Below, one piece after another: positions 32,794-44,420 of a stretch of 64,000 nucleotides of DNA. The stretch comes from Epithemia pelagica (taxonomy: Eukaryota > Protista > Bacillariophyta). The translations under genes and the position numbers were made by a program. The notes under the pieces were generated by a model. It made no database searches. It saw nothing but the letters and a program-made list of their open reading frames with translations, and was not told where the DNA came from. Where the stretch lies: NCBI GenBank assembly GCA_946965045.2, contig OX337228.1, positions 2,046,001 to 2,110,000 of the forward strand, written 5' to 3'. How positions within the stretch are numbered: position 1 is the stretch's first letter; the number at the start of each line of letters is the position of its first letter.

Positions 32794-35700
32794 CTAAGCG
32801 GTAAGCGAGCAGAGGAGTGGGGCGTCCGGTCCCGGCGAGAGAAAATCTGCAACAGGCCGTGGGGAGTAAAGTGGTGTTACCGGGGCGAAGTTCGTTCGGG
32901 CTAAGTTTGCCAGCTGGGTTGTGCGCGATCTTTGTGCTGTTGTGTGTGCTCTGTTTGCCGCAATTTGGTTGATGGCGTGTATTGCTAGGGGCGATACAAT
33001 GGTATGAGCCAGGGATGCTTTTGCGTAGTGGGCCATGGTGAAGATGTTTGCTTCTGGATAGTGGAGTTTGACATGTTTGTTTGCTTTGGCAAGAATGTTC
33101 TCTGGGGAATGTGCGACGTTTTGGTACAGAGCAAATGCAGCTGGGTGTTGGTTGCTTCAAGTTGTTGATTTTCCGAAGTGTGGATCTTTCCAGTCCGGTG
33201 GTTCGGCGGTGGAGAAGGGCAGTGGGTGATCTTGATTGAAGAGCAGGCGGGTGGCAAAGTGTCCCATAGACCCCAAGTGGTCAACCGTAAAAGGGATCAA
33301 GTAAATTCCGTTGTGAAGGAGATGGGTGGCGGTGTTGGGGTCTCTACAATATTTGGCCCTGGCCACTTCATTGTGCGTCCTTGATGCAAGTTTTGCGATG
33401 GCAGTGTGGTCGGACGGTTCTTGAAGGGGTGTTCGGGACTGTGGAGGCGGTATGGTTACGTGGATCGCGACGTATTGGAATGGCTCATTGTTGTGGGGCT
33501 GGGTGAGGTGCAGCCCGACGTCTGCAGGACGGATATTGCGGTTGTGCAGGGGCACAAGGCCCAGCGGTTCGATGTGGACGTCGTGGAGGGAATCAACTGT
33601 TTTTGCTGCCGGTGCGGCTCGCCGAAGGATGTCGAAGAGGGTGTCGCGTACCGCATTCAATAGCGCTGTTTTTGATGCTTGGTTGCAGTGGAAGAGGTGG
33701 TCCCCTTCTTTGTCCAATTCTTTGTTGCAGCGACAACGGCCGCCGGCGTCGGAGTGAAAGAGCGGCAACCGCAGTTTCCGCCGTATTGCTGTCCTAAATA
33801 TTTGGTTGTCGAGTCGAAGGCGTTCGGCTGGGCGTGGTAAGTGAAATGCCATGCTTGTCAGTGGTGACAAGAGTGATGGAAGAAGAACTCGTTCTGTCGG
33901 AGTGGTGGTTTCAATGAGTTTTGGGATGACATGTTCTTGCAGGATGTGGTTGATTTGTCTGTTGTGTGTTGTGTGGTCATACCGTTCGTGCTTGTAGAGA
34001 GTTTGGTCGGCGTATTCGTGGGTGAAGAGGGAGAGGCCTCTTCGGAAGGCTATGATGGCTGGATCCTCGCTGTGTTCCCAGTTTCGGTATTGTTGTTGGT
34101 GGTGGGTTGGTATGGGGGATTCTTTGGATTGGGCGAGTTTCAGGGCCCGTGCCGTTTGGGTCAAGAGACGGGGGTATGCAGCCGCTGCGGCGTTGTGGTA
34201 CCCCAATCCTCCGAGTCTGTTGGGAAGACTCGCGATGAGGGTCGATTGTTCTGTCACGTTGGTTTCGACAGTTGATGTGAGGTTGGAGATGAACTTGGCA
34301 ATCAACCGGTTTGTTTTTGTCGTGACCGGACTGTTCCAGAGTGTGGATCGCTGGTTGGGGCATGGGTTGGCCTGGACAATGTCTGCCGGGAGCAGGTGCA
34401 GGATGGCGGGGATGAAGGAATAGCGGAAGAGGGAGCTTCTGGTTTGGAGGTCGTCCATTTGGTTTAGTTTGTCAAGGTTGCTCTCCATGTTGTGGAGCCG
34501 TTGTTCGATGAATGTTTGTGCAAACGTTGGTGATCCTATGGGTTGTCCCAAGAAACGGGTACCGGTTGTCAGTTCTGCTGCTTTTGGGTCGTTCGGAGAG
34601 AGTAGATGCAGTGCGTGCTGGAGGCTCGAACGATGTTGTGGTTGCAGTCGCTCCAGGGGGGACTCGTGGGAGGTAGAGGTCAGTATTTTTGTTTTTGTCA
34701 CGTTTAATTGGATCCCCATTGGCTCACCCAGTTGTTGGAAACGTTGAAGGAACCAATCGATGTCTTGGTGGGGAAGGCAGATGGACGTATCGTCCATGAT
34801 AGACGCCGTGTGTGCGACGCCGCCTTTTCCGTCGTCGTAGTCGTCGCCGTTGGTTTTGCGTACCGCAGCTCTTGCGGCTTGCTCTTTGTTGATTTTATTT
34901 GTCAGTGCCAGTAACAAGAGGCACGCAAATAACGGACTGAGTGGGCATCCTTGGGGAAATCCTTCCTCCTGGAGGAATTGGCTGGGATTTTTGTCGGCGT
35001 CAAAGAACCATGATTGGCATGGTTTCCCCGTCAGCAAATCGTATAGGGGTACCAGAGGGGCTGTTGCGGGGTCGTTGAGGAGTATTGCCCGGGCGGCCGT
35101 CCTCGAGGTGTTGTTGAACATATTATGCAGGTCCAGCAACAGTAGACTACGTGTTGGTAAGTTTTCCTCTCGGTCACAATGAATGTATTGGTGTACAGCG
35201 GCTGTGGTTGTTTGAGCGACAAAATCCACACCGCCGGGGGTTTGGATGCCATATTGTCCTCCTTTGAGAAGGATTGGTCGTATTGCATCCGTCATGTGAA
35301 CTAATGCTGTTTTTGCTGCGAGACGGCGCAGGGCGATCCCGATTCCGATTGGCCGCAGTTTTTCCAGGTTTGCTAAATCTTTGTGGAGGGCCAGAAAATA
35401 GTTTCCTGCGAGAACTGTTTGGATTGGTGGTGGTATTTGTCCGGTGACAATCAACTGGGTCAGCGCCATGATGTTGCCAAAGTATGGTCTTGTTGCATCC
35501 GGAGTGTTCGCTGTCTTGTGCAGCGCCATGGAGACAATGGCGTCTGTGCAGGTGGCGTACGGTCCCGATGCTGTTCCGGGTTTCATCTGACGAAGTGATA
35601 TTTCGAAGAGATCTTTGGTGAGTTGCAGATGTTGGCTTGCCGGAGGTGGCAGCCGTTGGTTTCCTGTTGCCCTGGTTGTTGGTGGTGGGTTTCGTCGTTT

Positions 35701-36648
35701 TGGGAACAGTTCTTCCTGGATTCGGGCTATCCTTGGCGGGGTAAGTTTTGCTGTTGGCATGTGTGACATCAGCCGCTTGTAGGCCGTCGAGTAGTTTCCG
35801 ACATCGGCCGCGTGTTGTGCTGACTTGAGTCTGTTTGCTGGCAGTTGTGTTGTGTGTTGGTGTTGTTGCCGAAGGACCCGCTGTTTTTGTTTCTTGTTGC
35901 TTCGGTTGTCCGGCAGTGGCTGTGGGTTCCATGTGATTTCATGGAGCTCTTTGATTCGTCCGGTTTTGAAAAGGCTGACTCTCGTTCGGAGGGCGTCGGA
36001 GTGTGTTTTGTGAACGGTTCCTGCGATTGGGGCAAGCAGCAGTGGCTCGAGTAGCACCAAGAGTTTCCAGAACGGGGTGCTGTCGTTGTTCCATGCCGGT
36101 GATTGGTCGTCGCGGAGGACAGATGGGTGTATTTCTGGGGTCGAGTCCAGTACCCAGGATACTACGGTGTTGTAGACGACGAAGAGTTCGCGCCGCATTG
36201 GGTGTTTCAGTTTGTGCCATGTCGATCGGCGGAAGGGTGGTGGTTGTGGTTGTAGCTGGAGTAGCCAGGCCAGACTCTCTTTCCAATGTGTCTCGGCTTG
36301 TGGTGATAGATTACGATATGTTGTCGTAACTAGATCGATGTTGGTTTTTTTCCTACTATGTTTTGTTGTTATATGTTGCTTGAGGTGCCCTGGGGTCGTA
36401 TAGATGGCACTTGGGGTGTCGCATTGTCTGCAAATATGGAAGCTGTGTGTTGTGCAGAATTCTGGGGTCATGTAGTCGGTTGGGGATGTTTCTTTGTGTT
36501 GTGTTATAAGGTGTTCTTTCAGAGCCGCCTGTGGTTTCCTTGTGAGTGTTGGCACTTGCCAGTTGCAGTTGGGGACTGGACAGTGCTTGATTCTTGGTGC
36601 CTGTCTACTCATTCGGCCCTTTGGCCCATGTCTCATGCGGGACCACAT
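32794..36648 (-). pseudogene. Retrotransposon ORF2: C2H2 zinc fingers, reverse transcriptase, CCHC knuckle and RLE; in-frame TGA at 33157-33159
   Basis: CPVPNC..H....H and CRQC..H....H; KLRPIGIG, QYGIQTPGG, LLDLHNMFN, GFPQGCPLSP, SIMDD; CRCNKELDKEGDHLFHC; RPADV...AIHVT. The frame continues 120 codons past the TGA to TAG at 32794. Confidence 0.9.
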
Positions 36649-39600
36649 GGCCGGTGCGGGAGCCGGCGACGGTGGGAGGGCCAGTCTCTACCAACGACTG
36701 TGCGTATTCCCACGCGTCTTGCGCGTCGGTGTCCGTTGCAAAGGACCTTGTATTTTCCAAATACCTCCTGATTTCAGGGAGGCGGGAAGGGTTGTTTTCT
36801 CGGACATACGAAAAGATCATCGCAATTTCGTCGCCTGTCGGTGCCGACTGGTGTTGTCCGTTGTGCTGATCTTCGTCGTTGGAGAGGAGTGAGTGGGAAT
36901 GGTTGTCCCAGTCGTCGGCGTTGGCCATTGCCTCGTCCGCGTCATTTGGTTGGTGTGATTGGTTGTTGTTGCTTTCTGTGCCATCGTCGTCAGACGGTAC
37001 TTCCGCCAACTCTTGGAACTGGTTGCTGCGCTTTTTCGCTCTGGGTTTGCCGTCCTCTTGCTGAACCGTGTCTTGCAGTTGAGGCGACTTGGCAATCACG
37101 GTCCGCCAGTCGGTGCCGTCTTCGTACGGATCTGTTGATCCACTGTGGTCGCTTGACTCGTGGTTGGGTGCCAATCGTTTTGTTGGTGGTGGTGTTCCCG
37201 GTGGGCTGGTGCGCTGTCGGTTGGTTTTGTCGGTGTTGGTCGGTTTGCGGCGCAAAAGTCGGTCCGTAAATTCCAGGAGACGTGATGTATGGCTGGATGG
37301 TGTTGTGTTGCCTTGTTGTTGACTTGTGGTTTCTGGGGACGGGGGAGTTGCCGCGACGGCCGCCAGTGAGGGGAGAAGGATATTTGTGGGAAAGCCGTTG
37401 TGTTGCCGGATGGTCGTTCCATTCAGATGGTGCGTGTCCGGGGTACGCCGCATATACAATGTGTATGCTTGGGGAGAGGGGTCGTCGTTGCAGAACTCAG
37501 GAAAGAGGGCGACGAATTCCTCCATTTCCTTGAGTCGTGCCCAGTCGTCGTCGGTTGCCTCGTGGTTAATTTGTCGCAGTTTGATCTTAATGCATGCCGC
37601 AAAAAACTGATCGACGTCTTTTAGTGCCTCCAGTGTTGTCGTCCTGGTTGATTGATTCTTCGGCATAGGAAGAATTTGGATGGTGTTGTCCGACCATTCG
37701 ATTTCCATACCGCGGTTGGATGCGCGGAAGGCGTTGTAGGAACGGAGCAATGTTTCAAAATTGCTGCGTGACGATGATGCAAGGTAGATGACCGGTACCT
37801 GGCCGCGTTGTTTGGATTTGAGGTCGCCACTGAAGGTGCCGGCCCGACATCCAATGTGGTCAAAAAAGTCGTCGCGTTGTAGTTTTTTGGGCAGGTGGGG
37901 GTAGAGGCACTCTCGAATTGCCAGGGCAAGGTCCATGAAGCCACGTCGGTGTTTGACCGCCATTGCTGGAACTCCGACGATGATGCCGAACGTGTCACTG
38001 GTGCGGTTGTTGCATGCAGGCACGTAAACGTTGATCTGGTCATACCGGGGGTTGACCGTTGGGTTCGACTGAGGTGTGCCGTTGCGGAGGATGTGTTGGT
38101 ACCCGTACTCGTCGAAGAGGAAATCCGACTGCCGACTGGTGGTGACGGTGCCAAAGTTGGAGTGCGAACCGAAGTCCTTGTTCTACGAAGACTTCGGTAT
38201 CGAAAGCGTCGTTGGCAGGGGCGGGCGACAATGTCATGTGGAAGGTGGAGGTGTGTCCTCCTTTTGGACGGTTGGGGCTGTCGTTGTGGTTGCGCCCGTT
38301 GGAGCGCCCCGACTGCTTGGTTTCGATGAAATCCATCGAGTGCACCTGGAGCCACATTGGGTCCTCTCGTTTATTGTGGTGTTGGAACACGTTGTTGAAG
38401 TGTTCCGTGAGTGCTTCTTCCGTCAGACGAGGGAGCGTCGCTTCCACTTGGGGATTGGGATTGTGATTCACGGCCACGTGGAGGTGGATCACGATTGCCG
38501 GTTCGATGGCGGGTGGTTTCTTCGGTTTCTGCGCCGGCGATTTGCGGTACGGATTGGGGGTGGCAGTGGTTGTGCTGTTGAGTTGGCTGTTGTGTGCTTG
38601 CTCGTTGTTATTTTTGGGTTCGTCCGTTGCTTCGTCGTCCGTGGGGTGGTTTTGGTCCATGGTTTCCTTGGTTGCTTCGCCTCCTGTGTTGGCGTCGATG
38701 TTGTAGTGGTTGGCTGGGATTGGTTGGCTGTGGTTGACGGCAGAGTCGTTGTCGTGTTTTTTGTCGTTTTTGTGGTTATTGATGTTGTAGTTGGTTTGAT
38801 TTTTGTCGTTTTTTTGGTTGGTTTTGAGGGCGTGTTCGGTGGTGGCGGTGGTTGCTTCGTTGTCGGCATGGTGCTGGTGGTGCTGGTGGTGGGCGTGTTT
38901 TTCCGGGGTGATGGCGATGGTGTCCTCGACGGGGTGCTGCTGATGGTGGGCGGTGGCCGCTTCCGTGGTCGGAGCCGGGTAAGAGGGGTGTTTACCAGAT
39001 GGTTTGTAGGTGGGCGAGCGCTTGGTTGCTGCCGCAGGGGCGAGTTTGTTGCCTCGACACGGAGGCTGGCGGCCAAGGGTGGGCTTGGAATGGACGTGCA
39101 TGATGCTGGTGGGCAAGTCGGGGAGCTGGGAACTGCTGGAGCAGGCTGATAACTGTGGAAAGACTGGGTTTTCCAAAGTTGTGCGCTTGGTTTGTCGTCT
39201 CTTGGAGTCATTTGGTCGGTCATTTCGTTGGTGGCTTGGTGTTGGTGTCGCTGGTCCGCGTGGCTGCAGCAGGCGGGTGTCTGTTTGGGTAGCGGTTGAT
39301 CTGGTTGGTTTCTGAGCACTTGGTGGCGCTTGTTGGTTAGGGTTGCTTCCGGGGAGTGTTGGGATGGCGAAGTGTACCGTGTCCATGGTGTCGACATTCG
39401 GTTTGTCTGCCTTTTGGGTGGTGTGTTGGCCCGTGGCCTCGGTGTTTCGTTGTTCTGTGGTTTTCGGCGGGTGGACAAATTCGTGTTGGTCCGAGTGACC
39501 GTTGTGTCGCTTGGGCCTTTTGGGCCTGGCTGCGGCTGGTTGGGTTCTTTGGCCATGGGCCGGGTTGCCGTTCGGTGGTAGTTGGTTTTGTTTGGTTTTT

Positions 39601-39750
39601 CGCAGACGAGGTAGAAGTTCCATGACGAGTGGAAGAGTCGCCTTGCTTGCCCGGGCTGTCTCGGGACATGTGGGTTCGGTTTGGGGGATTGATCGGCATT
39701 TCGGTCGTGGTTAAACCATAGGTCGTGCAGTTTGAGCCGAGTTTGACCAT
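36605..39750 (-). pseudogene. Retrotransposon ORF1 region (~1050 codons) in three successive frames (39750-39337, 39710-38040, 38182-36605)
   Basis: Overlapping long open frames; low-complexity N/T/Q/H stretches flank an ordered central part. The stop overlaps the ORF2 ATG (ATGAGTAG, 36612-36605). Confidence 0.6.
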
Positions 39751-39962
39751 GGCGGGTCCGCGGGGCGCGCCGTTTGCGGCGCGGCCGTCATCCGCGGCAG
39801 GTTTAGGTAGGAAAGGGGCGGCGCAGTCTCGGCAAGGCGTTGATGTCGGCCCCAGAGTAGTTCACAGGATGGTTTCAATTCTTGGTCGATTCTGTCTCGT
39901 CTTGCTTTCGTTTAAGACGTTTGAAGTTCGTCTGTCTGACAGACGATGCAAAAGGTAGCGAG

Positions 39963-40044
39963 CGGGCACGACAGGATTCGAACCTGCGAGGCCTACGGCC
40001 AATTGATTTCAAGTCAATCATCTTAACCACTCGATCACGTACCC
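39963..40044 (-). tRNA. trnS-UGA: tRNA-Ser(UGA), 82 nt, intronless
   Basis: Acceptor stem GGGTACG/CGTGCCC with G73; D-arm ATC-GAGTGGTTAA-GAT; anticodon arm ATTGA-CTTGAAA-TCAAT; long variable arm GGCC-GTA-GGCC; T-arm GCAGG-TTCGAAT-CCTGT; TTTT 9 nt downstream. Confidence 0.97.
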
Positions 40045-40226
40045 CGCCAGAAAAGCCACTGTTTTGGTTCGTTTTTCGATATTTAGTCGCTACTTCCGTG
40101 GAAAAGATCCATCAATTTTATCGGCGCATCAACTTTCAATCAAGGTTCAGTCATCCCATCCTTCTTCACCGTAAATCATTAAGCAGAAACCACTTCGAAC
40201 CATCAATTTCATGAGTCATCCAGAAC

Positions 40227-40760
40227 ATGAATCCAAGAAGCGGCGTTTTGATTCTCTTCACCATGTCCACATGCTTTGCCTTCATCCATCATCGAATCCT
40301 TGATGTGAAGGGGGCTGGCTGGGTGCAGAGACCCGCATATGGTCGCCGATCAATCTTGTTTTTGGACCTCGGAGGATTCTTTGGTGGGAAAAAGAGTTCC
40401 GAAAATGATGAACATAGCGAAGGAAAATGCGACTCTGGAGCCGTGGCGGAAATGATGGAATCAATGAGCACCCTGGAAAGTGCACAAAGAATGGGAAAGC
40501 TCACCACTTCGATACTGCAAGATCTACAATCATCGATCGTAGAAGGGTCGGCACAAGATGGGAAAGTCAAGGTATCCTTTGATTGCCAACAGAAACCAGT
40601 TCGTGTGAGTATAGACGAGGGATACTATGCAGAAGCCAGTGCCTCCGAGATGGCTGCGAGCTTGACCCTAGCCCTACAGGATGGACATGCCAAATCCATT
40701 GATAAAATGGAAGACAAGACTCGTACTCTGTTCTCAGAGTTTGGACTCTTGCCTTCCTAG
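40227..40760 (+). CDS. YbaB/EbfC-family protein, probably plastid-targeted
   Basis: Signal peptide ending CFA|F. VEGSAQDGKVKVSFDCQQKPVRVSID...ALQDGHAKS matches the YbaB fold pattern. Confidence 0.8.
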   Translation: MNPRSGVLILFTMSTCFAFIHHRILDVKGAGWVQRPAYGRRSILFLDLGGFFGGKKSSENDEHSEGKCDSGAVAEMMESMSTLESAQRMGKLTTSILQDLQSSIVEGSAQDGKVKVSFDCQQKPVRVSIDEGYYAEASASEMAASLTLALQDGHAKSIDKMEDKTRTLFSEFGLLPS

Positions 40761-40855
40761 GTTTTCATTGCTATCTCCGTACACTCATGACTAAAGCATA
40801 AAATCTTGGAGTTGAGCATCATCAAATTATCTTCTTACATCGTGAACTGAACTGT

Positions 40856-42007
40856 TTACTCCGCAGAATCTTCATTCTGATGCAGACCTCCCAGAAGATA
40901 CAGTTTGTTCAGCCCGGAAGCTGTGAACTGTTCCATTTGGTCCACGTACGAGCGAATCTGGTTGGAAATTAGCAGACTTTCCATTCTCCGAGGTGCCTCG
41001 CTCGATGCCCAGGCCGCAGCATCATCGGTTCTTCTTCGACTGTTCTTGCCATCTCTTCCTTTGTCCCCACCTCTTGACAATTGTCGGGTGTAATATTGGA
41101 ACTTGTGCTGCTCCGCAGCCAGGTCGTCCACCCACAGACACAAGAACTCCAAATGCTTCTCGAGATACGGATTAGTGCTCATGTCAAGACGATCGAACGA
41201 TGTGTCTGCACCCATCTCGTAGAGATTTTCTTTATCAACAAAGTTACTTGAATTGGATCCATCCGATATATCGGAAAGAAGAGCACGAACAAGGCCAGGG
41301 TTGGTGAGTGTAAGCGGTATTTCCTCAAAAATGTTCTTCGGCGATATGAAATTATTCGTTCCACGGGTCTTTGCTTTGATTGTCTCATCTGATAGTCGAT
41401 ATGCTTTCAGAACCATATTACCATTTGCAGTTTGCATTGGATCGTAAAGAATCACAACCGCATTTGGACTCAGATCGGTCTGATAGGATAACTGGTTTTC
41501 CAGAAGATTGGACGTCGAGTAAATTCCTAAGTACATGCTCTGGTACCAACCAACACAGTTATTGTCGACGTTGACTTCCTTTAGCATTCTCATCATCTCC
41601 AACTGGAATTCATGACCCTCAATTCCAGCCGCATCGTCTGCTTCTCCGTCCATGCCTCCTTTGTGATGCTTCGAGCTATCGGGAAAGGGGAATGCATGTG
41701 TGACTTCCAAAACACCTTGTCCATTCGTCAAACCCAGGAGCGATCCTGTTACCAGCTGATGAATAGAGAATTATATGAGTTCAAGAACTTCCGTTAAAAA
41801 GAGGCAATAACAGTAACAATAAACCATACCTGAGGGAGTGATTCATGGCAGTGTTTGATAATCTTGAGAACCACCTATGGAATTTAAGTTACATGCAAAG
41901 TGAGACACAAGCCATTCGTAATCGCACTCTATCTCCTTTACAGTCCTCACCAAACCCTCGACGTGAACTCGATTGATGCGCTCCTTCGTCTCTATAACGG
42001 TTGCCAT
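40856..42007 (-). CDS. EIF3H: Translation initiation factor eIF3 subunit H, 333 aa; exons 42007-41951, 41874-41830, 41755-40856
   Basis: MPN domain: VVLKIIKHCHE, GSLLGL, LEVTHAFPFP, EVNVDNNCVGWYQS, YDP. Confidence 0.92.
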
Positions 42008-42272
42008 GGTTGAATATCGAGAAACTGTTGGGAGGGAAAACATGGGTGCAGCAAACGTGGAGAGGTACGTGCGACGGACAAACGATGGCGATCACAGTGG
42101 CCGCAGACGTCTGAACGTATAACCCGCTGGGTTTTCATTTTTGGCTGCCAATGATGTTAAAGCCAAACATGCACCAAATATTTTGTTTTCGGACCCACTA
42201 CACCGTCTGCAAACTTGGGTTGCCAATCTCAAAGTGTTTGAGAAGCAAAGTGTACCTCGAGACGAAGATACA

Positions 42273-44352
42273 ATGGCTGAAGAGACAGGAGGAGAAGAGC
42301 CGCTTTCCAAGAATGCCTTGAAGAAGAAGCTCAAGGCAGAAAAGGCCGCCAAGGCCAAGGCCGAGAAGGAGGCTGCCCGGAAGGCGAAGGAGGCTGCCCA
42401 ACCCACATCCAAGAAAGCAGTTGCTTCAGACGACGATCTTGACCCCAGCCAGTACAAGCAAAACCGTGAGGCTGTCGTCAAAGCCATGGAAGATTCTGGG
42501 GAGAACCCGTATCCTCACAAGTTTCATGTAGACGTCCGACTTCCCGATTTTGTGCGAGAATACATGGCGAAGACGGAAGATGGGGCTCGACTAGAAGATG
42601 TCGTAGTTTCCGTTGCTGGGAGAATTATCTCGGCGCGGGGACAAGGAAGCAAGCTTTGCTTCTATGATATCCGTGGAGATGGTGCTGAGCTTCAGATTAT
42701 GGCAGACCTCAAGACTTTCACGGGAGGTGAGGAGGCTTTTTTCGATATTCATCGCAAACTCCGTAAGGGAGATGTTGTTGGTGTCAATGGCCACCCTGGA
42801 AAGAGTAAGAATGGAGAACTTTCCATTTTCCCCAAGGAGCTTGTTTTACTCTCCCCCTGCTTGCACATGCTCCCATTTGCCAAGGGCTCGACAGGATTGG
42901 GTGGAATCACAAATATGGAAACTCGTTACCGACAACGTTATTTGGATTTGATTGTCAACGCAGATGCTCGGAAGACTTTTGAAACTCGTTCTAAAATTAT
43001 CAACGGTATTCGCAAGTATCTTGATGACCGACATTTCATGGAAGTCGAAACGCCAATGATGAACATGATTCCTGGTGGAGCTGTTGCTAGACCATTCATC
43101 ACTTATCACAATGATTTGGAGCTTCGTATGTTTTTGCGTATCGCCCCTGAACTTTACCTCAAGATGCTTGTTGTAGGGGGGCTTGATCGTGTATATGAGA
43201 TTGGTCGTCAATTCCGAAATGAAGGAATTGACCTGACTCACAATCCTGAATTTACAACACTGGAGTTTTATCAGGCTTATGCAGATTACGAAGATCTCAT
43301 GGTAATGTGTGAAGAACTCATCAGTGGCTTGGTTAAATCAATCACCGGTGATTATAAAATCAAGTACTCGCCTAAGCCAGGTATGGAAGAGGTTGAAATT
43401 GATTTCAAGCCACCTTTCAAGCGCATCTCCATGATGGAGGGTCTTGAAGAGGCAATGAAGGTCAAATTTCCCGCCCTTGATGACCCAGAAGTTGATGCAA
43501 AGCTCATCAAACTTCTGGAGAAGCATGAACTGGAGTGTGTTCCTCCGCAGACGACTGCTCGTCTTCTGGATACTCTGGTCGGCGAGTTCCTAGAGGACAA
43601 TATTGTTCATCCAACCTTCATCACAGAACATCCTCAGACGATGAGTCCACTCGCAAAGTATCATCGATCGAAGCCTTTTCTTACGGAGCGATTCGAACTG
43701 TTTGCTGCAGGAAGAGAAGTAAGTATGGTCACGGTCGGGAAAATTGCTTCTACCTTTTTGTTCTCACATCTATCATCCCATGCAGTTGGCCAATGCCTAC
43801 ACAGAATTGAACAACCCTGTTGTTCAGTACAAGCTTTTCTTGGAACAGGCCAAGGCTGGCGGGGCTGGTGATGATGAAGCCATGGTTATGGACGATTCGT
43901 TTGTGACCGCATTGGAACACGGGCTCCCGCCAACCGGCGGATTTGGTCTTGGCATTGATCGTCTCACAATGTTTTTGGCAAACAAGAATAACATTAAGGA
44001 AGTGCTCCTTTTTCCTGCAATGAAGCCCACAGATGAACAACTTACAATGATTGCTTCCAACGCCCCAGCCGGCGATCAACCGACCGCAGCAACTCCCACA
44101 TCAACGATGAAAGTTATGGGTGTCGGTGAGTTTGAGGGTGTCAATCTTGGTTCTGGTGACGGCATGAAGAAACTGGAGACTGCCCTTGCTGGAAAGAGTT
44201 TCTTGAAGGGTAGCCCGAGCAGTGACGACGCGGCTCTTCTGGAGGTGGTGTACAAACTTCCATCTGAATTTATTGCCAAGTATCCTAATGTCAACGGGTG
44301 GGTCAGCACGTGTTTGTTGTTCAACCCTGACGTTCGTGCTCAGTGGCCCTAA
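42273..44352 (+). CDS. KARS: Cytosolic lysyl-tRNA synthetase (class II) with a C-terminal appended domain; intron 43719-43785
   Basis: [69 protein letters not shown]. Confidence 0.96.
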
Positions 44353-44420
44353 ATGTAAAACGAATATTTGGAAAAGCAGGCAAGAAATAGTTTGAATAGC
44401 AATTGTCCGAAATAACATGT

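Larger units (their letters stand above)
32751..39959 (-). mobile_element. CRE-like (restriction-like endonuclease) non-LTR retrotransposon with two ORFs, apparently decayed, immediately 3' of tRNA-Ser
   Basis: RT-RLE ORF2; A9 tail (T9 at 32751-32759 on plus); strongly A+C-skewed sense strand; candidate TSD CTC at 39962-39960 and 32750-32748. The 5' end is inferred. Confidence 0.88.

Noticed and set aside
32751-40044. tRNA acting as an internal Pol III promoter transcribing the whole retrotransposon (SINE-like head)
   Set aside because: TTTT lies 9 nt after the tRNA, and the sense strand has T6 runs at 37601-37606 and 37862-37867 that would terminate Pol III.
42141-42272. N-terminal extension of LysRS from a TTG start (possible organellar targeting)
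   Set aside because: No upstream ATG in frame and the sequence is not signal- or transit-like; ATG 42273 fits cytosolic LysRS.
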